Assembly (NCBI GenBank): GCA_963788035.1
Contig: CAWBFC010000004.1
Span: 17,752 to 81,751, forward strand
DNA: 64,000 nt
Source of the DNA: an uncultured beta proteobacterium
GTDB lineage: Bacteria; Pseudomonadota; Gammaproteobacteria; Burkholderiales; Burkholderiaceae_C
Direction: 5' to 3'
Below, piece after piece: positions 58,040 through 64,000 of the stretch. Both the position numbers and the translations under genes were made by a program. The notes beneath the pieces were generated by a model. It did not search any database and had not been told where the DNA came from. It saw only the letters and a list, made by a program, of their open reading frames with translations. Positions within the stretch are counted from its first letter, which is position 1. Every line of letters starts with the position of its first letter.

Positions 58040-59034
58040 GGCGCGGCCGGGTCGTCGGGCTGGGCGGGCGCAGGCGCCGGGCATAACAACGTGATCGCCT
58101 GCGGCGCCGGGCATAACAACGTGATCGCCTGCGGCGCCACGCGGAACGTCAATGGCAGCCGCATCCACGCCACCTCGCCATCGGTGGCCACCTTGATGCG
58201 CCGCGAGCCCAGGGTGCCCAGGCGCCGGCTCGGGCGCACGGTGAGCTGGCGCATGGCGACATGGATCAGCTCGTCGGCCTCGCCCAGGCGGCCGAAGGCG
58301 CCGCGCCAGAGCAGGCCCAGCATTGTCAGCCAGCCCACCGGGCGCAGCGCGATGGCGGCCAGGGAGCCCGTCTCCACAGCCTCGGCCTCGGGCAGGCCCA
58401 GTTGCTGCAGCTGCAGCGCGTTGTTGCCGACGAAGAGCGTGGGCGTGCGCAGCTCACGCTCTTGCCCCTGGCTCTCCACGCGCAAGCGCAAGCTGCGGTG
58501 CCCGCGTAGCAGCGTGGCCAGGCCGGCGCCGAAGGCCACCAGGCGGCTGCGGCCGAACTGGCGCTTCCAGTCTTCACGCTCTTCCAGCAGCTGCGGGTAG
58601 AGGCCCAGGCTCGCGTTGACCAGGAACACCCGCTCGCCCACCAGCCCCACCTGCACGGGCCGCGTATGGCCGGCCAGCAGCACCTGCAAGGCCGCGGCCG
58701 TGTCTGCAGGGATGCCGTGGGCGCGGCTGAAGTAGTTGAAGGTGCCCTGCGGCAGCACGCCGAAGGTACAGCCGCTGCCCAGCGCCGCCTGGGCCACGGT
58801 GTTGATGGTGCCGTCACCGCCGGCAGCCACCACGACGCCCCCATCTTGCAGCGCCTGCGCGACCGCCTGGCGCGAGATGGCGGCCAGCTGCCGCGGGTCT
58901 TGCACCGTCAGCAAGTGCAGCCTGCGGCCGGCCGCGGCGCAGCCGGCTTCGAGCGTGGCGCGCACCTCGTCTGCAGCACCGTGGCCGGCACCGACGTTGA
59001 ACACCACCACCACGGCCGGGCCGGACGCCGCCAT
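58036..59034 (-). CDS. Diacylglycerol-kinase-fold lipid kinase (YegS/BmrU-like)
   Basis: Trimmed to ATG 59034 (MAASGPAVVVVFNVGAGHG). Contains VVAAGGDGTINTV. The C-terminus carries a duplicated decapeptide APQAITLLCP. Confidence 0.8.
   Translation of the reverse strand: MAASGPAVVVVFNVGAGHGAADEVRATLEAGCAAAGRRLHLLTVQDPRQLAAISRQAVAQALQDGGVVVAAGGDGTINTVAQAALGSGCTFGVLPQGTFNYFSRAHGIPADTAAALQVLLAGHTRPVQVGLVGERVFLVNASLGLYPQLLEEREDWKRQFGRSRLVAFGAGLATLLRGHRSLRLRVESQGQERELRTPTLFVGNNALQLQQLGLPEAEAVETGSLAAIALRPVGWLTMLGLLWRGAFGRLGEADELIHVAMRQLTVRPSRRLGTLGSRRIKVATDGEVAWMRLPLTFRVAPQAITLLCPAPQAITLLCPAPAPAQPDDPAAP
58073..58138. repeat. Perfect 30-bp tandem duplication (2.2 copies) inside the lipid-kinase 3' end
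   Basis: ggcgccgggcataacaacgtgatcgcctgc occurs at 58073-58102 and again at 58103-58132, followed by ggcgcc. It is in frame and gives APQAITLLCPAPQAITLLCP. Confidence 0.95.
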
Positions 59035-59150
59035 CACGCCCTGGCGCTCGCGCGCGGTTTGTCGATCCAGTTGACCCGCGCCATGCGCCCCTCCCTTCTT
59101 GCCCTCATGTCCCGATGATGCGGCACGCAGGCCGGGCGGGCCCCGGGCCT

Positions 59151-62100
59151 TCAGGGCGGCATCGGCAACGCAGCTTCGGCTTGCACACGCATCGCACGGC
59201 GCGCGGCGGGCGAGAGGTGCCAGCCCAGCGGGTAGAGCGGGCCGTTTTCGCGCAGATCGACCAGGGTCATGCGGGTGTGCAGCGCGGTGTCGGGCAAGGC
59301 GGCGGCGAGGCGGCCGTTGGCGCCGGTGCCGATGGCCGCAAGGGCCGTCCACAGCGGCCCCAAGGCATCCACGAACAGCCTCTGGCTGCTGGCGCAGCGC
59401 GGTTGGCGCAGGCCTTCGGCGCTGTGCGGCTGCGCCTCGCCCGCCAGCTGCGGCAGCGTGGGCATGGCGCCGTCACGGCAGCTGCTCACGGGCAGCGGGC
59501 CGAGCCCCACGCCGTTGCGGATGAAGACCACTTCAAGCTGCAGCCGGTTGGCCAGGCTTTGGCGACGTTCCGCCCCCAGCGCGGCGCAGACCACGCGGCC
59601 GTCGGGCGTTTCGCCGCGCACACAGGCCTGCACCAGGCGCAAGAGGTCGGCCACGGTGTGGCCGGCGCTGCTGTCGAAGTAACCGCCATCGGCCAGATGG
59701 CCACAAGTGACCACCGGGCCGGGGCTCACCTGTGGCGCTTCGCCATAGGCCCGAGGTTCGCAAGCGCCCGTGGTGGCCCGCACGGCGCCCAAGGCGTTGG
59801 TGAAGGGGAAACGGGCGCTGTTGTGGGCCGCGGTCACCAGCGGCAGATCGGCTTGCCCCAGCAGCGCCCGCTGGTCGCGCGCGCCCGGGAACTCGCGCCA
59901 GTCGATGGGCAGTTCGCTGGCAATGGCGCGTTCGCCGGTTTCGACCCAGGTGCTGTTGAGCAGCGCGAAGGGCACGTGGCCGCCCGTGGCCCCCATGACG
60001 GTGCTGCGGCTGTCCGCCAGGCCGTGCGCCAGCCCGGGCAAGGCCTGCAGCATCGCGCCTTCGAACCAAAGCCCGCGCGAGAGCAGGCCGCAACCCGGCT
60101 GGTCACAGCCCAGCGGCAGCCAGCGCGCGATCGCGTCCTCGAAAAACCAGGCCCCCACCAGCGGCGCCAGCAAGTCCTGGCGGCCGAAACGGTCGATGCA
60201 GGCCGAGAGCGCCGCCCGGCCATCACCGGGCGGCGCGAGCCTCAGGGCCTCGGCGCGGCAGGCGCGGTAGACGGCGATGCCCAGCGCGCCGCCCGAAACG
60301 CCCGTCATGGCGAAACTGCGATGGTCAAAACCAGCGTCGCCGCCGCGCGTGGCGTGCAGCCTTTCGAGCACGAGCGCCGTCCAGTAGGCGCTGCGGATGC
60401 CACCGCCCTCGGCCATCACCAGGGTCACGGGCAGCGCTGCACCGGCGCAGGCCCCCGAGGTCGCGCTGGGGCACAGCGTGGCCAGCCATTGCGCCACGGC
60501 GTCGTGGGCCGACACAGGCGCCGATGCAGGCGCCGGTGCCGTGGCGGCGGCGCCCGCCACCGGGGCCGGCTGGGGCAGCAGCGTGTCGGCCGTCAGCACG
60601 GTGGCCGCGCTGCCAAGGACCACCATCACGCCGCAGGCCACCAGCTTCCACGCGCGCGTGGCCGTGTCCGCCAGTTGCCGGGCCGTGACCACCGCGCCAA
60701 GGCCCAGCACCGCGCCAAGCACGCAGGTGTAGACCAGCGCCGACGCGGGTGCGAGCGTGGCGCCCCCAGGGCTGGCGGGCACGCCGTGGTTTTCGGTCCA
60801 GCCCATCAGGCCCAGCAGGCCCATCAGCGCCAGGGCGATGAGGAACCAGGGCACCGACTCGCTCTCTTCGTACAGCGAGACCCAGCCCGCGATACCGAGC
60901 CAGAAGGCCACCAGGCACAACACGATGGGCAGGGTCAGCGTCGGCAGTTCCAGGGTGTCGCCGCCCCACTGCCCCAGCGCCCGGCAGACCAGCGCCAGCA
61001 GCAAGGCCACAGCCGGCAGCGTGACGGGCGAGATGTGCCGCAACAGACGCATCTCCAGCCCCAGCGCGATGGTCTGCCGCAGCGTGTGGCTGGCGTAGTA
61101 CGGCGCTTCGTCATGGCTGCTGCGCTTGTCGCGCTGCCAGATGAAACACACCGTGCCCACCACCACCGCTGCCGCAAAAGCCAGCAGCACGACGATGGGC
61201 TCCTTGTCTTCCAGCACCACCGCCTGCGGCAGCACCGCGAGCACCATGCCCAGCACCAGCAGCGCCGGCGTGATCCCCAGCAGGCGCGCCCACAGCCGCG
61301 CCAGGTGGTCTTCGGCCAGCAAGGGGCCGCTGCGAGTGCCGCGCTGCCGGTTCGCCACGCGCAGCACGAGCCGGGTCCACAGCCAGCAGGTGTGGCCCAG
61401 CAGCCAGGTGGCGACACCGGTGAGGCCCAGCGCCAGCGCCATCGAGGCCCACAGCGCGGCGGGCTCGCCGTCGCCGCGCCAGGGGTGTGAGGCCATGGCG
61501 TAGACGACATCCCGGCCCTGGTCCATCACGAGCATCAGCGCCGCGCAAGCGGCCAGCGCCGCCAGCACGTAGCGCGTGCGCCAGAACAGCATCACCAGCG
61601 CGCCGCGCACCGCCACCACCCGCGGCCACTGCACCACCAATGCGTGCGGGCCGTACTGCACCCAGATCAGCAGCGGCAGCGGCCCGGCCACCAGCATCGC
61701 CACCAGCACGGGCTTCATGCCATGCGCGCGGCAGCCGGCCGCCCACAGGGGCAGCGTGGGGCCGGCGCAAGCCCCGGCGTCTGCGGCGTAGGCGCCTGCG
61801 ACCCCCAGCGCCGCAAGCAGCGCGAACAGCCACGCGGCCCAGCGCCAGGCGCCGCCCGCCGGCCGCGCGGCGCCCCACAGTGCGCCGAGCCATGCCGGGT
61901 TGCACTGGCGCCGGATCCAGAAGATGCAGAGCCCGGCCCCGATGGCCGCCACAGGCGCGGCTTGCATCAGCAAGCCCATGCGGTGCAGCCCGGCGACGTT
62001 CTCCACCAGGTCCACCAGCCACAGCGCCAGCACCCAGGCGCCCCCGGTGCGGGTGAGCCAGCCCCGGCGCTCGGCCGGGCGGCCGGCATGCGCTGCCAGG

Positions 62101-62414
62101 CCCTGTTGCACCTGCCACCACCAGCCGGCCAGCAGCAAACCGTACAGCGGCATGAACAGCGCCAGATCGAGCACCAGATAGGCGCCGGCCACCACCGGGG
62201 CCCAGTCCAGGAGTTGCTGCTCCCAGAGGTGCAGCATCTGCGCGGTCTGCCCGCACGCGCCGGTTGGGCCGGTCCAGCCGAGCAGGTCTTCCACGCCAAA
62301 GCCGCTGGGCACGACCAGCAACTGCCCGAGGGCCACCAGCACCGCGGCGGCGGCGGCGGCGGCCACCCCCACCCCGCCCAGCCGCCAACCGGCAGCATCG
62401 TTGCTCGTCTTCAT
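59151..62414 (-). CDS. Patatin-like phospholipase fused to a ~600-aa polytopic N-terminal membrane domain
   Basis: Start ATG 62414 (MKTSNDAAGW). The N-terminal half has many W/L/A-rich TM spans. The C-terminal half has VMAEGGGIRSAYW (oxyanion GGGxR), MTGVSGGALG (GxSxG) and HLADGGYFDSSAG (Asp-Gly). Confidence 0.8.
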   Translation of the reverse strand: MKTSNDAAGWRLGGVGVAAAAAAAVLVALGQLLVVPSGFGVEDLLGWTGPTGACGQTAQMLHLWEQQLLDWAPVVAGAYLVLDLALFMPLYGLLLAGWWWQVQQGLAAHAGRPAERRGWLTRTGGAWVLALWLVDLVENVAGLHRMGLLMQAAPVAAIGAGLCIFWIRRQCNPAWLGALWGAARPAGGAWRWAAWLFALLAALGVAGAYAADAGACAGPTLPLWAAGCRAHGMKPVLVAMLVAGPLPLLIWVQYGPHALVVQWPRVVAVRGALVMLFWRTRYVLAALAACAALMLVMDQGRDVVYAMASHPWRGDGEPAALWASMALALGLTGVATWLLGHTCWLWTRLVLRVANRQRGTRSGPLLAEDHLARLWARLLGITPALLVLGMVLAVLPQAVVLEDKEPIVVLLAFAAAVVVGTVCFIWQRDKRSSHDEAPYYASHTLRQTIALGLEMRLLRHISPVTLPAVALLLALVCRALGQWGGDTLELPTLTLPIVLCLVAFWLGIAGWVSLYEESESVPWFLIALALMGLLGLMGWTENHGVPASPGGATLAPASALVYTCVLGAVLGLGAVVTARQLADTATRAWKLVACGVMVVLGSAATVLTADTLLPQPAPVAGAAATAPAPASAPVSAHDAVAQWLATLCPSATSGACAGAALPVTLVMAEGGGIRSAYWTALVLERLHATRGGDAGFDHRSFAMTGVSGGALGIAVYRACRAEALRLAPPGDGRAALSACIDRFGRQDLLAPLVGAWFFEDAIARWLPLGCDQPGCGLLSRGLWFEGAMLQALPGLAHGLADSRSTVMGATGGHVPFALLNSTWVETGERAIASELPIDWREFPGARDQRALLGQADLPLVTAAHNSARFPFTNALGAVRATTGACEPRAYGEAPQVSPGPVVTCGHLADGGYFDSSAGHTVADLLRLVQACVRGETPDGRVVCAALGAERRQSLANRLQLEVVFIRNGVGLGPLPVSSCRDGAMPTLPQLAGEAQPHSAEGLRQPRCASSQRLFVDALGPLWTALAAIGTGANGRLAAALPDTALHTRMTLVDLRENGPLYPLGWHLSPAARRAMRVQAEAALPMPP

Positions 62415-62530
62415 GCAGGCTCCCTCGGCGATGACCACGGCGTCGACGGACGCAGTATCCGCTCGCGATGTTCAAGGGCCGGACCGGCGCCCGCACCCCC
62501 CAATGTGCTGAAGGCGCCCTGGCGGCCTCC

Positions 62531-62559
62531 GGCACGGGCACGGGCACGGGCACGGGCAC
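62531..62559. repeat. Hexanucleotide microsatellite (GGCACG) x ~4.8 in the patatin upstream region
   Basis: ggcacgggcacgggcacgggcacgggcac read directly. Confidence 0.9.
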
Positions 62560-62607
62560 TATCCACGGCGAGAGAGCTACACGCGCGCACGAACAGGCGG
62601 CGGGCAA

Positions 62608-62646
62608 GAAAAAAGCACCTCGCGTCGCCGCGAGGTGCTTTTTCTT
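62608..62646. terminator. Bidirectional intrinsic terminator
   Basis: aaaaGCACCTCGCG-tcgc-CGCGAGGTGCtttt: an approximately 10-14 bp perfect stem with a 4-nt loop. An A-run sits 5' and a T-run 3'. On the minus strand it lies 30 nt downstream of the tRNA-like 3' end. Confidence 0.8.
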
Positions 62647-62670
62647 GTACCGAACTTTTTCTACCGAATT

Positions 62671-62698
62671 TGGTAGGCGCGATTGGACTCGAACCAAT
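62671..62698 (-). other. tRNA 3' fragment (T-arm + acceptor 3' strand + CCA); putative att repeat of an island extending rightward
   Basis: The minus strand reads ATTGG-TTCGAGT-CCAAT-CGCGCCT-A-CCA, which is a T stem-loop, a 7-nt acceptor strand, a discriminator and CCA. The matching 5' acceptor strand AGGCGCG is absent within 100 nt, and no anticodon arm or D arm folds. Confidence 0.55.
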
Positions 62699-62775
62699 AT
62701 AGCGCGAAGCTATCCTCAGGAAAATCAGCCTCAGCGCCAGGATAATTGCCCCTGGATACCCCTCGAAACCCACCC

Positions 62776-62822
62776 ACTGCCCCAAACAACTGCCCCAAAG
62801 CACTGCCATGACCGACACTGCC
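62776..62822. repeat. Direct repeats ACTGCCCCAAA x2 plus ACTGCC x2
   Basis: actgccccaaa occurs at 62776-62786 and 62789-62799. actgcc occurs at 62802-62807 and 62817-62822. Confidence 0.8.
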
Positions 62823-62912
62823 GCAGAGCTATTGCGTGGGCTGCGGACCCGGGAGGCCGTATGACACCAATAGCTCAGTGCTGACGCCGCCCCGCTCGTG
62901 CGAACCTTGGGC

Positions 62913-63350
62913 TCAGCTTGACCTTCGGACGGCGAGTGCCCGTCCCGACCGAAGCGCCTGGATCGCCTCTTCGTTGTCTAGGACCCGCGCGCGCGCCACC
63001 ACCTCCAGCGGAAACGGAAGCATCACGAGCCACCCCGCGACGCCCAGCGCGCAGTACCCGAACGTGAGCACGAAGAACCGCAGAGCATGGCCGGCCACAC
63101 CCAGGGGGTCCTTCCAAGTCGGGCGGACGACCTCCCACCAGAACCGTTGCGGCAGGCACAGGACGTGCCATCCAGTGCCCCACCAGGCGCTGTTGATCCA
63201 GTTGCGGTTGCGGAATCCGCGATAGCCCCAGGACGGACACGACCAAGCCGTGGGTACCGCGGCCGGGTTGATGATGTACGTTGGCCGCCGGTAGTTGCGC
63301 GGCTCCGCCTTGTCGATCACGGACTTCATCAAGCGAGCCACCCTGCGTGC
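62913..63350 (-). CDS. Hypothetical W-rich membrane protein
   Basis: ORF-track 62913..63341 (MARLMKSVIDKAEPRNYRRPTYIINP...WWGTGWHVLCLPQRFWWEVV...FFVLTFGYCALGVAGWLVMLPF). It has good GC3. GTG 63350 is an alternative start. Confidence 0.5.
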   Translation of the reverse strand, partial: ARRVARLMKSVIDKAEPRNYRRPTYIINPAAVPTAWSCPSWGYRGFRNRNWINSAWWGTGWHVLCLPQRFWWEVVRPTWKDPLGVAGHALRFFVLTFGYCALGVAGWLVMLPFPLEVVARARVLDNEEAIQALRSGRALAVRRSS

Positions 63351-63630
63351 TTCGTCCGACAGTCCGGCGGCTCTGATGGAAGGCCGTGATAGCCTGTGCC
63401 AGAGCGCCCTTGACGAGGGAAACGCGGGCGCAGAGGTCCAGCGGGGCGCGCAGTTCGCTGATCACGTCGTCTGGGATGAAGGACACGGTCGAACCGCCCT
63501 CTTGCAGGTGGTCGACGCCGAACGACTTGATGAGGGCGACCTGGCATTGCCAAATCGCGCGCTGTGACATCCGCCGCTGCCCGTGATTCGTCGAGCCACA
63601 AGCGAGGTCTCGGTCCTTGCGCCGCCTCAT
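63351..63630 (-). pseudogene. Coding-looking segment with no in-frame stop; possibly the frameshifted N-terminal part of the 62913..63350 gene
   Basis: It runs from ATG 63630 (or Met at 63570): MSQRAIWQCQVALIKSFGVDHLQEGGSTVSFIPDDVISELRAPLDLCARVSLVKGALAQAITAF, with high GC3. GC3 collapses near 63340-63380, where the +1 frame takes over. This frame has no stop until 62875. Confidence 0.35.
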
Positions 63631-63857
63631 GCCGCCACCCCGACCTTGTTCCACAGGCGAAGCCGTTCGCCCATCCGGCTCAGGATGGCGGCTTCCACCC
63701 GCTTGCACAAGTGATCGCTGGGCGCCGGCAGCGCTTCGGCAAGCCCGCCCACCAGCCGTATGAGCTCGAGCTCGAACAGGGCACTAACCGTGAAGGGCGG
63801 CGGCTCGTCGTCCAGCCCGCATTCGATGACACCCCACGCGCTGCGGAATGTCAGCTT
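63627..63857 (-). pseudogene. 5'-truncated small ORF, cut by the IS element
   Basis: My translation is ...LTFRSAWGVIECGLDDEPPPFTVSALFELELIRLVGGLAEALPAPSDHLCKRVEAAILSRMGERLRLWNKVGVAA*. There is no ATG, GTG or TTG in frame upstream before a TGA inside the IS end. Its stop overlaps the next ATG (ATGA 63627-63630). Confidence 0.45.
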
Positions 63858-64000
63858 TGGAGTTGGAGTTGCCCTGTTTTCGCGGACACTTTTTCACTCG
63901 AGAAGGAGTCCGAGATGCCCACCCCCAAGCCGCCGTATCCGGCGGCGTTTCGTCAACAGATGGTCGAACTGGTTCGCGCCGGTCGCGGCATCAGCGACCT
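63858..64000 (+). mobile_element. Left end of an IS3-family insertion sequence (continues off-window)
   Basis: A candidate terminal inverted repeat begins TGGAGT(TGGAGT)TGCCCTGTTTTCGCGGACA at 63858/63864, showing the TG... end typical of the IS3 family. It is followed 45-50 nt later by AAGGAG and the orfA ATG. Confidence 0.55.
63915..64000 (+). CDS. IS3-family transposase OrfA (N-terminal fragment, window-truncated)
   Basis: MPTPKPPYPAAFRQQMVELVRAGRGISD resembles the start of the HTH_Tnp_1-type OrfA. A strong SD (gagAAGGAGtccgag) precedes the ATG. Confidence 0.6.
   Translation, partial: MPTPKPPYPAAFRQQMVELVRAGRGISD

Noticed and set aside
56237-61490. ORFs 56237..58600 (+, 787 aa) and 59115..61490 (+, 791 aa)
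   Set aside because: They are antisense to the livG, phosphoesterase, lipid-kinase and patatin genes. No motifs are present and the composition is biased.
62671-62760. Complete tRNA gene on the minus strand
   Set aside because: Only the T-arm, the acceptor 3' strand and CCA are present. The complementary 5' acceptor strand AGGCGCG is absent. The upstream hairpin ATAGC-TTCGC-GCTAT has a 5-nt loop and does not give a valid anticodon arm, and no D arm can be drawn.

Overview
This window is a high-GC proteobacterial chromosome segment. The guaB-guaA / DUF4124 / rnfH-ratA / smpB synteny looks betaproteobacterial, but the taxon is inference only. It has three blocks.

(1) Positions 1 to ~14.7 kb are a visibly less GC-rich integrated island. 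It ends at a P4-type tyrosine integrase sitting directly downstream of guaA. All its cargo is defence-like:
- a window-truncated helical protein led by an RHH gene (possibly a Wadjet/JetA-like edge);
- an ATGA-coupled DUF2779-nuclease / SbcD / SbcC triad;
- an E2-only CBASS (CD-NTase + E2-like + S-4TM effector) preceded by two tiny ORFs;
- a divergent WYL (CapW-like) regulator.

(2) Positions ~14.7 to 62.6 kb are core chromosome. Housekeeping genes here are guaA, guaB, rnfH, ratA, smpB, metC, rimO, phaR, cysQ, an RND pump pair, a liv-type ABC operon, and a metallophosphoesterase / lipid-kinase / polytopic-patatin group. The block also holds a 23-kb, seven-gene, tightly coupled envelope operon (20197-43203). 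Its genes are:
- a secreted caspase-TPR protein;
- a CsgG/LpoB-like periplasmic protein;
- TpsB;
- a 4716-aa TpsA with GLUG-like and ~26 YDG modules;
- a Slam/DUF560-like barrel;
- a FecR-TPR protein;
- a non-lipidated TbpB-barrel cargo-like protein.

(3) Positions 62.67 to 64.0 kb are the edge of a second mobile region. It contains a displaced tRNA 3' fragment with its terminator, short arm-type repeats, small ORFs (one with a frame switch), and an IS3-family element that truncates a gene.

The two best candidates for an undescribed system are the DUF2779-SbcCD triad in the defence island and the caspase/TPS/Slam operon. Many long ORFs in the track are antisense shadows typical of high-GC DNA and were rejected. 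All family assignments rest on motifs read by eye and on memory of those families; no searches were run.
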